Shown: positions 44,530 through 57,184 of the stretch, piece by piece | Layout: each line of letters opens with the position of its first letter | How positions within the stretch are numbered: position 1 is the first letter of the stretch | Assembly: GCF_055900595.2 (NCBI RefSeq) | Contig: NZ_CM148325.1 | Direction: 5' to 3' (one strand) | DNA: 64,000 bases | Position numbers and translations under genes: made by a program | The notes under the pieces: generated by a model | The model's input: only the letters and a program-made list of their open reading frames with translations | Database searches by the model: none | Told to the model about the DNA's origin: nothing

Positions 44530-45233
44530 TATTCTTCCTCTCCGCTATCTGGCTGATTCTCTTCGGTTTCATCGTTGAGTTGCAGATGATTTTCAATCGG
44601 CATTGCTTCGCCATCACGAATCAGGCGACGCTGTGCTTCACGGGGATCGTCGCCAGCACGCACATCGGCCCCGAAGCGGAACACCGATTCGGTAATGCGG
44701 AACTTACTGCTGTCATGGCCCATAAACCACACCATGCCTAAGCGACGCAGACGGTTGAGCGAAGAGCGTACTTTTTCCTGCAACTTCTGCCGGTCAACGT
44801 CTGAACCAGTAGAACGATTGTTCACCAGTTTCAGCAATTTTGCTTCATCGGCCAGGGTGAGCAGTTCGTCGTACAATTCCTGCTGGGTGAAAATCCCCTC
44901 ATTCGCCAGCCGTTCCGGACTGAGATAGAGATAACAGAGGATTTTCCCGACCATCATATCCAGTTCTGACAAGACGGAACGTGGGATCAGCGTGGTGGAA
45001 CGTGGGCGTAAATAGAAGAACCCCTCCGGTGCGCGAATAAGCTCAACGTTATAACGCGCGTAAAACTCTTCCAGATATTCCTGAAAATCCATCAGGAATG
45101 CATGATTATCCAGTTCGTCAAGGCCAATATGACGGCCTGAACGTAAGGCGCTATCCAGCGCCGGAAATAACGGATTCGCCAGTGCCTGCGCCAGCTTAAC
45201 CGGCATCACTTGTTCAATATTTGTCGATGACAT
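44529..45233 (-). CDS. mukE: Chromosome partition protein MukE
   Basis: ATG 45233 [37 protein letters not shown]... (234 aa; ORF track starts 9 codons upstream at 45260); stop overlaps mukB start. Confidence 0.9.
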
Positions 45234-46536
45234 GCGCCTGTACCTTGGCTCCGTAATCATTAATCGGCTGCCATTTCGCTGGCAGTCCGGTGAAATCTGC
45301 TTGCGCTACGCCGAGGCGTACCGCCTGATCAATAACAATACGCGCAACGTCAAAGTGACGCGCACGCGGATACTGCGCCAGATATTCGCGTACCACCAGA
45401 CCAAGATCCAGCGGCACTTGTCTGGTTTTGTACACGGCAAGTTGTTCTTCGATGATCGCCGCCAGCTGTTCGCGGATCTCATTAAACTCTTCGTACTCCA
45501 GATCCTCAGGAAGTTCCCCAGTCACTTCTTCATCGCGCAATGCCATCTCTTCGTCACGCATATCCAGCAGACGATCGGCATTGGCATAAGTTAGCGCCCA
45601 CGGCTCATCAAAATAGGTTTGAACCGACTGACGTAACCGCTGAGCAAAGACGCGATTTTTATCCATATCGATAGCGGTACGAATAAATTTGTGTACGTGG
45701 CGGTCGTAGCCAATCCATAAGTCGATGGATTGCTGGCCCCAGCTGATAATACGGTCGAGCTTGCTTTGCAGATCGAACACCAGACGATCGACGAAATGCA
45801 GATCATCATGAGTCATCGTCGCATCCTGAATGCGTAACAGATTAGCCTGCAATTTATCACCTGCCGCTTCCAGCGTATCCTGCAATTCACGCAGCGTTCC
45901 GGAAGTTTCTGAAAGCAACAATTCGCAGCTGGAAATCGCCGCCCGCCAGTCTTTGTTCAACAACTGGGCGATATCATCCTTCACCTGCTGCTGCTGTTCA
46001 TCCATCAGACGTTGCGTCAGGTCGATACTGTCGAAAATTTCTGCTACCGAATATTTCAGTGGCGCATAAACATTACGGTGCCAGTGAAATTCATCACCGC
46101 CCTCTTCGGCGGCATCTGCTGCGCGTTTGAGCTCACCCGCCACAATCGACAACTGCATTGAAAGGCGCAGCGTAGAAAACTCGCGCTGACGAATGTAATA
46201 GTCAGTGATGCCGATGCCGAGCGGCGTCAGACGGTAAATTGCGTTCCCTTCCGCCTGCTCGCTGGTAAAGCGGTTCAGCAGACGTTGACGCACCATGTCG
46301 TTGATCGCGTTGTTGGCGCGCACGCCGATGGTTTCGCTGGTTTGCTCAAACGCATCACTCACATGGCGGAATGCATCCACCAGCTCGCCTTCACTCATCT
46401 CACCATCCAGACGCTCGCCGTTCAGCGTGGCAACCGCCAGCAGAAAAGAGAGTCGGTCTACCGGCAGCGAGATGGAGAAGTCATTTTTTCTGGCCCAGGC
46501 AACCAGTTCGGGGACTGTCTGGGAAAATTCACTCAT
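45214..46536 (-). CDS. mukF: Chromosome partition kleisin MukF
   Basis: 440-aa [59 protein letters not shown]...; 20-bp overlap with mukE. Confidence 0.93.
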
Positions 46537-47318
46537 ACTTTATCCTTGCTCTGCGGTTTGCGCGCGGTGACATGAATATAACGCCCCAGGGTAATATACG
46601 GTTCCTGACGGCAATAACGCGTTTCTAATTCAAGTAATGCTTCATAGCAGTCGCGCTGCTGGTGCTTCTCGCGCAGATAATCATGAAACACGCGAACGCC
46701 TGTCTTACCCAGAATTTGCCAACCAGCTTCTTCCAGCCACAGATAAACCTGCGCCGGGTCGCGTGGATAATCTGGCGAAAGCGTCCGTTTTTTCTTTTTC
46801 GGCATTCCCGCCTGCACGTAATCAAAATTCCCGGCGACCATGTTATGCATCAACAAACCGTGCGCATTGTAGAACATTAACGACAACACACCGCCTGGAC
46901 ATAACACTGACCACAGGGTCTGCAATACGCTGCGGGGATCGGCCACCCACTCGAGCACCGCATGGAACAATATCAGATCAACGGGCGTTTCCAAATGCGA
47001 AGCAACATCCTGAGCGGCGCAATGTATAAATTGCATGTTGTCGCTCACACCTTTTGCTTCTGCCGCCTGTTTTGCGCGGTCGATCATCTGCGCTGAAAGA
47101 TCGCATAAAATGACCTGATGCCCACGCTCGGCCATTTTGATTGCGGTCTGCCCTTCTCCACCGCCAGCATCCAGCACACGCAGTTTTTGCGAGCCCATTT
47201 CCGCCAGCACGCGATCGAGATCCTGCCACAGAATAGCCTGTCGAAGCTGCCCTTTGGTGGTGCCGTAAATGTTACGGGAAAACTTTTCCGCAATATCATC
47301 AAAATTGCGATCCTGCAT
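46533..47318 (-). CDS. smtA: SAM-dependent methyltransferase SmtA (CmoM)
   Basis: ATG 47318 [42 protein letters not shown]...LDAGGGEG... (261 aa); first gene of the smtA-mukFEB operon. Confidence 0.9.
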
Positions 47319-47453
47319 TGCTTTCTCCACCGGTTGGCTAAGACGTTTTCTGATAAAGACGCTATTTTGTCACAGCCACGGCGAGAATGAACCCGTCTGG
47401 TGTAATATCGCTGGCGATCCCTTGCTATATGGTCAAAAAAGGAACCAGAAAGG

Positions 47454-48233
47454 ATGCTTTTTACACTGAAAAAAGTGATTGGCAATATGTTGCTGCCACT
47501 TCCGCTGATGTTGCTGATTATTGGCGCTGGCCTGGCGCTGCTGTGGTTTAGCCGTTTTCAAAAAACCGGGAAGATTTTTATTAGCATTGGGTGGCTGGCG
47601 CTCTTGTTATTGAGTTTGCAACCGATAGCCGACCGCCTGCTGCGTCCCATCGAAAGCACCTATCCGACATGGAATAATTCGCAAAAAGTGGACTATATCG
47701 TGGTGCTCGGAGGTGGTTATACCTGGAACCCGCAGTGGGCACCGAGCTCTAATTTAATCAATAACAGTCTGCCACGCCTGAATGAAGGTATCCGCTTATG
47801 GCGCGAAAATCCGGGATCAAAACTGATCTTCACGGGAGGCGTAGCAAAAACCAATACGGTGAGTACAGCCGAAGTAGGTGCCCGAGTTGCGCAATCGCTG
47901 GGCGTGCCGCGCGAGCAAATTATCACTCTGGATTTGCCAAAAGATACCGAAGAAGAAGCTGCGGCAGTGAAACAGGCAATTGGTGACGCACCTTTCCTGC
48001 TGGTGACCTCCGCATCACATCTGCCGCGGGCGATGATCTTTTTTCAGCAGGAAGGGTTAAATCCGCTACCAGCCCCGGCGAATCAGTTGGCCATCGACTC
48101 GCCGCTTAATCCGTGGGAACGGGCAATCCCTTCTCCGGTTTGGTTGATGCATAGCGACCGCGTTGGCTATGAAACGCTTGGCCGGATCTGGCAGTGGCTG
48201 AAAGGTTCGTCAGGCGAGCCACGGCAAGAGTGA
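47454..48233 (+). CDS. elyC: Envelope biogenesis factor ElyC (YcbC, DUF218)
   Basis: 259-aa ORF MLFTLKKVIGNMLLPLPLMLLIIGAGLALLWFSRFQKTGKIF... Confidence 0.9.
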   Translation: MLFTLKKVIGNMLLPLPLMLLIIGAGLALLWFSRFQKTGKIFISIGWLALLLLSLQPIADRLLRPIESTYPTWNNSQKVDYIVVLGGGYTWNPQWAPSSNLINNSLPRLNEGIRLWRENPGSKLIFTGGVAKTNTVSTAEVGARVAQSLGVPREQIITLDLPKDTEEEAAAVKQAIGDAPFLLVTSASHLPRAMIFFQQEGLNPLPAPANQLAIDSPLNPWERAIPSPVWLMHSDRVGYETLGRIWQWLKGSSGEPRQE

Positions 48234-49103
48234 TTTTGATGCCAGATCGAAGTTACGCCGACTAAATCGTCCGGTGTTGACCAGTTGCGCAACTTCATCC
48301 CATAACACATACAACCAACGCCGCCAGATGAACGACTCCGCCACTGGCGCGCGTTGCAGATAACTCCAGAGCAAATCTTCCGCCAGAGAATTATCCATTA
48401 GTCGGAACAGTTCGTATTCTCGCGGTGCCCAAAGCATTAGTCCCGGTCCGACCATCGCCAGTAACTGATCGCTGCGCGAATCTTTCAGCATGCTGCGTAA
48501 ACAGAAGTTACCGTGAATCAGCACACAATTGTCGTTAAAGCCTTCGAATAATGCCGGGAGACATTCGCGAGTGCGAAACAGGATCCGCTTATCCTGCATC
48601 GTTAGACCGGTGTTATTGAACTGATTGAGCGTAGTCCATAGCACTTCAACATGTTGCCGGTACCATGAGGGCCAGAAATTTTCCTGAGTATTGTCGACCG
48701 CGCCGACGCAACCACGACTGTCCTGACGGTGCCAGGCCAGTAAGGCTTCAACGATTTGGTCTTTGAGTTGTTCCCAGCGTTCTGGTGTTCGGGCTGGAGC
48801 CTCCACCGAAACACCACGCATCCGCTCCAGTAGCAGGACATCGGGGCCGGGGTGTTCTTCATGCGTCATCACACCATAAATAGTCGGCATACGGACAGTC
48901 CCACTTCTTGCCAGCATGGTGGTTTTCCATGCCAGCTGTCGGGCTTTTCCGGGCGTACTAAAGCTTCTTGCCATTAACGGCATTGGGTTTCCCTGGCTGT
49001 CATACAAAGCCCACAACGCCGTATCCGCTTTTTCATTGACGCACTCAATACGACTGAGTTTTTCGCCCAGTAAATGGCTTAATTCGGCACGCAGCTGTTC
49101 CAT
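48210..49103 (-). CDS. ycbJ: Putative phosphotransferase/kinase-like protein YcbJ
   Basis: 297-aa ORF MEQLRAELSHLLGEKLSRIECVNEKADTALWALYDSQGNPMPLMARSF...; 24-bp convergent overlap with elyC. Confidence 0.88.
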   Translation of the reverse strand: MEQLRAELSHLLGEKLSRIECVNEKADTALWALYDSQGNPMPLMARSFSTPGKARQLAWKTTMLARSGTVRMPTIYGVMTHEEHPGPDVLLLERMRGVSVEAPARTPERWEQLKDQIVEALLAWHRQDSRGCVGAVDNTQENFWPSWYRQHVEVLWTTLNQFNNTGLTMQDKRILFRTRECLPALFEGFNDNCVLIHGNFCLRSMLKDSRSDQLLAMVGPGLMLWAPREYELFRLMDNSLAEDLLWSYLQRAPVAESFIWRRWLYVLWDEVAQLVNTGRFSRRNFDLASKSLLPWLA

Positions 49104-49256
49104 TCAGATTACCCTCATAAAAGCTACTGCTTTCATAATGAGCGCCAATATAAAAGATGTCACCTGAATGAGATCAATTGTTGAAAAGAAAAATTGAGGA
49201 AAATCGTAACGGTACGACACTCCTCCCAAAATTGGCTGGAGTGTCGTGAAGTGAAA

Positions 49257-50182
<926 letters not shown>

Positions 50183-50233
50183 AGTTCCTCCAGATGGATC
50201 GGGTTATGAATGCATAAATCTTATCATAATCAT

Positions 50234-51466
50234 TTATGCGACGGGGTCTATTTCCCAGCCGGCGCGGCAATCAGTAAAGAGGCCTTGCGGGCAGCGTCCT
50301 AATGTCACCCGCGTTGCCTGCTGCCAGTTAGCGAAATCAGTAATCGCCTGACGTAACCCTTTTTGCAGCGTTGTCGTTGGTTTAATGCCTTCCTGTAACC
50401 ACAGAGAGATAACTTCAAGGATGCCTGTCTGGCGATGCATTTTGGCATCCATTCGCCCAACTAATTGCCCACGATGTAATAACGGCAGAACAAAATAGCC
50501 ATACTGGCGTTTCGGCGCTGGGGTATAGCACTCCAGCCGGTAGCTAAAATCAAAAAGCTGCTCCGCGCGTTTGCGATCCCAGACAACAGGATCAAAAGGC
50601 GAAAGTACCGCGCTGTGCGTTGCAGTGAGCTTTCCGGCGAGCGCGCGTTCGAGTAGCGGCAGCAAATCAGCATGCAGCCAAAGATTGCCCAATTTTTCAA
50701 CATGCACAGCAATGATTTGCTGCTGTTCAGCCCTCGCTTCGCGCCAAGCCGCCAGTGCCGGACGTTTCAGCCGATAGTAATCTGCCAGCCACTGTTCGCG
50801 GAATATGCCCAGTCTACGCGCACTGTTATCCAGCATGATGATTTCTGCTTCTGTTTGCGAAACGAGATCGCGCTCATCATCCCAGTCAGGCATGACACGG
50901 TGGGTTAAATCATAAACGCGCTGGAAGTTGCGCCGTTCAATCACCATCACCTTTCCGGCAGTAAATAAACCTTCCAGATGCCGTTTATGCGGCTTCCATT
51001 CCCACCAGCCGCTTGCACCTTTACGAGAATGCTCGAAATCGGCTGAACGTACCGGCCCCTTATCATGAATATGTTGAATTAACTGTGCAATTTCTGCCGC
51101 ATGTTCCTGCATCCAGGCGTCTTTGTATTTCCAGCCCATTTTTTCAGGTGCCAGCATGCGGTGGCGAATAAGACGAAAATCGCTACGTGGCATAAAGCAG
51201 GCTTCATGCGCCCAGTATTCCATTAATTCGCCACGCGCCAGAGACTCATCCAACCAATGCGCAGGATAATTTCCCAGACGACTGAAAAGCACTAGATATG
51301 GGCTACGGGCAACAATATTGATGGTATCAATTTGCAGCAAGGACATGCGGGAAATCGTTGCCAGAATATCTTCCAACGACGCTCGACGGCGGGGTTTGTT
51401 TAACAGGCCTTGCGCAGCAAGGTGAAGATTACGCGCATCAGCAAGGGAGAGGTGCGGCAGCGACAT
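50234..51466 (-). CDS. ycaQ: Winged-helix DNA glycosylase-like protein YcaQ
   Basis: 410-aa ORF MSLPHLSLADARNLHLAAQGLLNKPRRRASLEDILATISRMSLLQIDTINIVARSPYLVLFSRLG... Confidence 0.9.
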   Translation of the reverse strand: MSLPHLSLADARNLHLAAQGLLNKPRRRASLEDILATISRMSLLQIDTINIVARSPYLVLFSRLGNYPAHWLDESLARGELMEYWAHEACFMPRSDFRLIRHRMLAPEKMGWKYKDAWMQEHAAEIAQLIQHIHDKGPVRSADFEHSRKGASGWWEWKPHKRHLEGLFTAGKVMVIERRNFQRVYDLTHRVMPDWDDERDLVSQTEAEIIMLDNSARRLGIFREQWLADYYRLKRPALAAWREARAEQQQIIAVHVEKLGNLWLHADLLPLLERALAGKLTATHSAVLSPFDPVVWDRKRAEQLFDFSYRLECYTPAPKRQYGYFVLPLLHRGQLVGRMDAKMHRQTGILEVISLWLQEGIKPTTTLQKGLRQAITDFANWQQATRVTLGRCPQGLFTDCRAGWEIDPVA

Positions 51467-51502
51467 TCATGACTCCATCAATCGAACGCTGCCGCGGCGT
51501 AA

Positions 51503-52489
51503 CTAGTTGCCAGAAGCCAGCGAGGTTAGTTGCGCAAGCAGTTTCGCTGGTTCATCGCCTGAAAGCTGTGCGTCAACAGGCAAATACCACCAATTTTCAT
51601 CTGCAAAGGCCCGGCATTTCACCGCATCTTTTTCAGTCATTACTAGCGTTTGCCCGTCGCTTACCAACGCGCTGACATCCTTATAATTCAAAGACTGATG
51701 ATCGGCCAGTGGTACACATTTTTCCGGTTGTACGCCCCACATCTTCAGCGTGGCAAAAAAGCGCGGCGGATGCCCAATCCCCGCCATCGCCACCACATGT
51801 TCAAGTTGAGCAACGTCACAACGCGTACCGGTACGTAAATTCACCGCCTGCCCCGGCAGCAGATGCATGGGGATTTCACCGCTGCGGGGGACACCGCCGT
51901 TGACGATTACCGCATCAACCGACTTTAAGCGCCCCGCTCGCTCACGCATTGGCCCCGCCGGCAACCACCAGCCATTGCCAAAGCGACGCACGCCATCAAT
52001 AACGACGATTTCCACATCACGCGCCAGATGATAATGCTGTAAACCGTCGTCGGTTACGATGATCTGCACATCAGGGTGTTGCGCCAGAATGGCTTTTACC
52101 GCATCAGAACGCACGGGAGAAACCGCAACAGGCGCGCCAGTGCGTTGATAAATCAACACAGGTTCATCACCCGCCTGTGCTGTGGTGGTATCTACCGACA
52201 ATAGCAGCGGATAAGATTCAGCCTTACCGCCATATCCCCGGGACACGACTCCCACGCGAATACCGCGCTGTTGCAACTGTTCCACCAGCCAGACAACGAC
52301 CGGAGTTTTTCCGTTGCCGCCAGCGGTGAGATTACCAACCACGACAACCGGTACGGGGGCACGCCAGGCGCGCTTCAGTTTTAGTTTATAGCAAAGACGG
52401 ATCGCGCCACTCACCAGACCATACAACCAGGAGAGTGGCAGCAATAGCCGCCACAAAGGGGATTCACCAGACCAGATTTTTTCGATCAT
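51503..52489 (-). CDS. lpxK: Tetraacyldisaccharide 4'-kinase
   Basis: 328-aa [71 protein letters not shown]...; start overlaps msbA stop. Confidence 0.93.
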   Translation of the reverse strand: MIEKIWSGESPLWRLLLPLSWLYGLVSGAIRLCYKLKLKRAWRAPVPVVVVGNLTAGGNGKTPVVVWLVEQLQQRGIRVGVVSRGYGGKAESYPLLLSVDTTTAQAGDEPVLIYQRTGAPVAVSPVRSDAVKAILAQHPDVQIIVTDDGLQHYHLARDVEIVVIDGVRRFGNGWWLPAGPMRERAGRLKSVDAVIVNGGVPRSGEIPMHLLPGQAVNLRTGTRCDVAQLEHVVAMAGIGHPPRFFATLKMWGVQPEKCVPLADHQSLNYKDVSALVSDGQTLVMTEKDAVKCRAFADENWWYLPVDAQLSGDEPAKLLAQLTSLASGN

Positions 52490-54234
52490 TGGCCAAACTG
52501 CATTTTGTGAAGTTGCGCGTAAACGCCACGGTGCTCAAGCAAATCGTTATGCGTACCGCGTTCCACAATGACACCATCCTCGACGACCACGATTTCGTCT
52601 GCCTTTTCAATGGTAGACAAGCGGTGGGCAATCACCAGAGAGGTACGGTTTTTCTGCAACTCATCAAGTGCCGCCTGAATCGCACGTTCAGATTCGGTAT
52701 CCAGCGCCGAGGTAGCTTCGTCCAGAATCAGAATCGGGCTATCACGCAACAAGGCTCGAGCGATGGCAATACGCTGACGCTGACCGCCAGAGAGCAGCAC
52801 GCCGTTTTCACCAATCACTGTATCGAGACCGTTATCCATCTTATTGATGAAGTCCATGGCGTAGGCCATACGCGCCGCTTCTTCAATTTGCTCACGGCTG
52901 TACTGTTCTGTCCGTGCGTAAGCAATGTTGTTGGCAACCGTATCGTTAAACAGATGGACATTCTGCGACACCAGAGCAACCTGGTTACGTAAAGACGCCA
53001 GGGTATACTCGCGCAGATCGTGACCATCCATCAGGATTTCGCCTTCATCAATATCGTAAAAACGTGTGATTAGGCTGGCGATGGTTGATTTACCTGAACC
53101 AGAGCGTCCAACCAGAGCGACCGTTTTTCCTGCCGGAATTTTCAGGTTGATGTTACGCAATGCGGGCACGTCACGTCCTGGATAAGTAAAGGTGACATTG
53201 CGGAATTCCACGTCGCCAGTCGCACGCTCGATCACGCGCTTACCTTCGTCTTTCTCCTGCTCACTGTCCAGAATGGTAAACAGCGTCTGACAAGCCGCCA
53301 TACCGCGCTGGAACTGGGCGTTAACGTTGGTCAGCGATTTCAGCGGACGCATCAGTGCAATCATTGAAGAGAAAACAACGGTAATCGTACCGGCAGTCAG
53401 GTTATCCATAACACTTGGGAAGCTCGCCGCATACAGAACAAACGCCAGCGCCAAAGAGGCGATCAGCTGAATGATCGGATCAGAGATAGAAGAGGCTGAA
53501 ACCATTTTCATCCCCTGAAGACGCATTCGGTTACTGACTTTATCGAAGCGTTTCGTTTCCACTTCCTGACCACCGAAAATCAATACTTCTTTGTGGCCCT
53601 TCAGCATTTGTTCTGCGCTGGTGGTCACCTGACCCATGGTGTTCTGCATGTTTTTACTGATGTTGCGAAAACGCTTCGATACGACACGAATCGCAATCGA
53701 AACAATCGGTGCCAGCACAATTAAAATGATCGACAGTTGCCAGCTGTAATAGAACATCATGATGAACAGGCCGATGATCGACGCACCTTCACGCACAACA
53801 GTAATCAATGCGCCGGAAGAAGAAGAAGCAACCTGTTCGGAATCGTAGGTGATACGCGACAACAGCGTACCCGTTGACTGTTTGTCAAAAAATGAAACGG
53901 GCATTCCCATCATGTGACCAAACAGGCGGCGACGCATAGTCATTACCACCTTTCCTGATACCCAGGAGATACAGTAGCTGGAAACATAGCTGGTGATACC
54001 ACGTAAAATCATCAGCCCGATCACCACCAGCGGCATCCACACCAGCACGGAGCGATCTGTTTTACCAAAGCCATCATCAAGAAGTGGCTTAAGGAGCGAT
54101 AACATGAAGGTATCGCTGGCTGCGTTGAGGATTAACGCTACGCCCGCCACGATCAGACCCGCTTTAAAAGGCGCAATGGTTGGCCACAGTCGGCGGAACG
54201 TCTGCCACGTAGAGAGATCTTTGTCGTTATGCAT
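52486..54234 (-). CDS. msbA: Lipid A/LPS flippase ABC transporter MsbA
   Basis: 582-aa [60 protein letters not shown]...; Walker [10 protein letters not shown], signature LSGGQRQR. Confidence 0.95.
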   Translation of the reverse strand: MHNDKDLSTWQTFRRLWPTIAPFKAGLIVAGVALILNAASDTFMLSLLKPLLDDGFGKTDRSVLVWMPLVVIGLMILRGITSYVSSYCISWVSGKVVMTMRRRLFGHMMGMPVSFFDKQSTGTLLSRITYDSEQVASSSSGALITVVREGASIIGLFIMMFYYSWQLSIILIVLAPIVSIAIRVVSKRFRNISKNMQNTMGQVTTSAEQMLKGHKEVLIFGGQEVETKRFDKVSNRMRLQGMKMVSASSISDPIIQLIASLALAFVLYAASFPSVMDNLTAGTITVVFSSMIALMRPLKSLTNVNAQFQRGMAACQTLFTILDSEQEKDEGKRVIERATGDVEFRNVTFTYPGRDVPALRNINLKIPAGKTVALVGRSGSGKSTIASLITRFYDIDEGEILMDGHDLREYTLASLRNQVALVSQNVHLFNDTVANNIAYARTEQYSREQIEEAARMAYAMDFINKMDNGLDTVIGENGVLLSGGQRQRIAIARALLRDSPILILDEATSALDTESERAIQAALDELQKNRTSLVIAHRLSTIEKADEIVVVEDGVIVERGTHNDLLEHRGVYAQLHKMQFGQ

Positions 54235-54270
54235 TCAAAAAACCAGCATTTGTTGAAATAGCCGCATATT

Positions 54271-56535
54271 CTACCCGTTATCCACTGGCACGCCAAACCA
54301 CTGATGATACCAACGAGGTAAAATTTGCTCTCTGAGGCTGCTAATCCGCCAGCCTTGCGCTGAAAAATTGACCGTTATTTGACCCTGATGTGGAGTATCG
54401 AGCCACTTATAACCCTGTTGTTGATAGCGATGTTTAACTTTGCTTGAGGGCAGTCGCCATGCGTTATAGCGCGATGCCGATGCGAGTGCCACTTTTCCAT
54501 TCACTCGCTGAATTAATGGCAACGATGATGAGGTATTACTGCCATGGTGAGGTACCTGAAGTAATGTTGCTTGTACTTGCTGCCAGTAACGGCTTAGCAT
54601 CTTTTGTTCAGCGGGGGCTTCAATATCACCGGTTAGGAGAATGCTATTCGTCCCGTCATCAACCTTAACCACACAGGAATGGTTATTTCCTTTATCGTTG
54701 CTACCTTGTAAAGGCCAGTGCACGCTGAAACGCAATCCTTGCCATTGCCACGCTTCGCCACGCACACAGGGCTGATGATGTTCCCAGCTTAAAGGGCTTC
54801 TGACCCATAACGTCGGCCAGGCTCGTAATATCGAGTCCAGCCCTCCCCGATGATCCAGATGTTCATGACTCAAAATGACGCCTTCTGGTTCAAGATTATG
54901 CCAGCGTAGCCAGGGGATAATCAGTTGTTGCCCACTATCCCCCTCCGGCCAGGCCAGTCCGGTGTCATAGAGAATCGCTTTACCGTTTCTGGCTATCACC
55001 ATTGCCAGCCCTTGCCCGACATCAAGCATGTACACCTGCCACGCGTCAGGTCGAGTTTTTTGCCACAGCGGCCAGCACATCAGCAAGCCTCCAGCCACAC
55101 ACATTGCCGGCAACGCTCGCCAGGCGTTTAATCGCCATACCACCAGTAAGAACCATGGGGAAAATGATAGCCATTGCCAACGTTCAGCAATGTTGATCCA
55201 CCCTTCCGGCAAACTCTTTAACCCCCAGAAAAGTAAAGCCAAAGACCGGTCGGCAAGAAACCATACTCCTTGCTCCACGATTAACGGCCCGCTTAAATGC
55301 ATAACCATCGCTGCGAGGATCAACGGAACCGTGATAAATGTCACCAGGGGAATTGCAAATAGGTTTGCAATAAACGAGGTCAGACTAATGCCATGAAATA
55401 TGACGATTTGCACAGGCATTAGCAGGAGCGTGATTCCCAGTTGTAGATGGATGAGGGCAACAACCGCGCGCAATACTGGCGGCAGTTGCCACTCCGGACA
55501 GGGAAACCACTGATACCAAAAAATCAGCGCCGCTACCGCAGCGGCAGAGAGCCATAAACTTTGCGAAAGAATGGCAACAGGATCCATCAGCAAAATTGCC
55601 GCCAGACAACATATCCATACATCCCAGCCACTCCATTGTCGTCCACTTAACTTAAGCATTCCCCAAATGGCAAGCGCCACCACGGTACGCAATGCAGGAG
55701 GTTGCATTCCCGTTAGCCAGGCATAAAAAGCAGCACAGCAGATTCCGCCAATTAATGGCATTTGCCAGTGGATCCAGCACCCAGGCAGAAAAACTTGCCC
55801 ACCGCGAATGAGTCCTGCAGCCAGCAACGCCGCAAAAGCGATGTGCAATCCTGATATCGCCATTAAATGCGCCGTTCCAGTATCACGCATGATATTTTTG
55901 ATTTCTTTGGGGACGGATAACCGTTCCCCCATACCTAATCCAAGAATAACCGCGTTCCACATATAGGGTTGCAGCGTTGTTTGTAGTGACGCCAGATACT
56001 GTGCACGCAGGCTACAATTCGGTTCAATGACACTTGCCTGCAGAAAACGGCCGGTGAGCGGTTGATGCTGGGCAATGGCATAACGCTGGCTATCAAAGCC
56101 GCCATCATTAAGTTGACCATGAACTGCACGAACTTTGAGTTTCATTGACCATACTTGTCCGGCACAAACCGCTTGCGGAAGATATTCGCCATACAGTACG
56201 AGGCCTGGCGCAGGGAATATACGTCGACCTTGTAGATGAGTAATTTGACCGTAATGAGTGGTCATGCCGTCAGTAGCAATGATCTCAACAATTGCATCCT
56301 GCGTCGAGCCAGTTAAGGTTTCTCCTGCCCACAAAATTTGCTTTGCTGCTAATATGCCCCAAACGAAAAACAGCAACGTCAGCGCGATATAACGGACGGT
56401 TTTAACAGGGATAAATGCCAGTACACAGGCGAAGATAGTCAGAAGCGCAAGGGTTACTGTCCCTGGCAATTGGGGCAAAATCAGCAACGGAAAAATTCCG
56501 CAAATTATGCATACTCCGACTGTCGTTATTTTCAT
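54271..56535 (-). CDS. ycaI: ComEC/Rec2-family inner membrane protein YcaI
   Basis: ATG 56535 MKITTVGVCIICGIFPLLILPQLPG... (754 aa); polytopic membrane domain plus C-terminal metallo-beta-lactamase-like region (...LSHEHLDHRGG...). Confidence 0.88.
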   Translation of the reverse strand: MKITTVGVCIICGIFPLLILPQLPGTVTLALLTIFACVLAFIPVKTVRYIALTLLFFVWGILAAKQILWAGETLTGSTQDAIVEIIATDGMTTHYGQITHLQGRRIFPAPGLVLYGEYLPQAVCAGQVWSMKLKVRAVHGQLNDGGFDSQRYAIAQHQPLTGRFLQASVIEPNCSLRAQYLASLQTTLQPYMWNAVILGLGMGERLSVPKEIKNIMRDTGTAHLMAISGLHIAFAALLAAGLIRGGQVFLPGCWIHWQMPLIGGICCAAFYAWLTGMQPPALRTVVALAIWGMLKLSGRQWSGWDVWICCLAAILLMDPVAILSQSLWLSAAAVAALIFWYQWFPCPEWQLPPVLRAVVALIHLQLGITLLLMPVQIVIFHGISLTSFIANLFAIPLVTFITVPLILAAMVMHLSGPLIVEQGVWFLADRSLALLFWGLKSLPEGWINIAERWQWLSFSPWFLLVVWRLNAWRALPAMCVAGGLLMCWPLWQKTRPDAWQVYMLDVGQGLAMVIARNGKAILYDTGLAWPEGDSGQQLIIPWLRWHNLEPEGVILSHEHLDHRGGLDSILRAWPTLWVRSPLSWEHHQPCVRGEAWQWQGLRFSVHWPLQGSNDKGNNHSCVVKVDDGTNSILLTGDIEAPAEQKMLSRYWQQVQATLLQVPHHGSNTSSSLPLIQRVNGKVALASASRYNAWRLPSSKVKHRYQQQGYKWLDTPHQGQITVNFSAQGWRISSLREQILPRWYHQWFGVPVDNG

Positions 56536-56684
56536 GCACCCTCCCTGTTTATAGAAAGTGTGCAACTTTGTTGAATGGTTGTCTGGTGGGAGTTTTGCGT
56601 TCCCCGAGGCACGTTCAGAAGAATTTAACGACAGGGTGAAAACTGCTCAAAACTCTGCGAGGCAGCTTCCAGTTCCAGATTAGA

Positions 56685-56713
56685 GAAATGAAAAAAGCAC
56701 CCGACAGGTGCTT
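56685..56713 (-). terminator. Probable intrinsic terminator of ihfB
   Basis: Stem AGCACC-cgac-GGTGCT with A-run upstream on the plus strand (T-run on the minus strand). Confidence 0.5.
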
Positions 56714-56740
56714 TTCTCGCGTTCAAGTTTGAGTAAAAAC

Positions 56741-57025
56741 TTAACCGTAAATATTGGCGCGATCGCGCAGTTCTTTACCTGGTTTAAAGTGAGGAACGTA
56801 TTTTCCTTCCAGTTCTACTTTATCGCCAGTCTTCGGATTACGTCCGGTACGTGGTGCGCGGTAGTGCAAAGAGAAACTGCCGAAACCGCGGATTTCAATA
56901 CGCTCGCCCTGCGCAAGAGTCGAGGCCATATGCTCCAGCATCTCTTTTACTGCATCTTCAACCGTCTTGGCGGGAATGTGCGATTGCTGGGTGGCAAGTC
57001 TTTCTATCAATTCTGACTTGGTCAT
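56741..57025 (-). CDS. ihfB: Integration host factor beta subunit
   Basis: 94-aa [97 protein letters not shown]. Confidence 0.95.
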
Positions 57026-57184
57026 GATTCCTCCGGTTCCTTAAAGGCAAATTTAGCGGCTGCTGTTGCTGCATTGATTAAGGGCGGCCGTAGCCGCCCT
57101 TAGTGCTTGATTACAGGACGAAACCTGCAATCTGTCAAGTAAACTCAACAAACTTCGGAATAAAAATCCCGAAGAGTCAGAGAA

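Noticed and set aside
57081-57103. Inverted repeat AAGGGCGGC-cgta-GCCGCCCTT downstream of rpsA as an intrinsic terminator
   Set aside because: Strong stem but no T-run on the rpsA (minus) strand; could be a processing or attenuation site, so not called a terminator.
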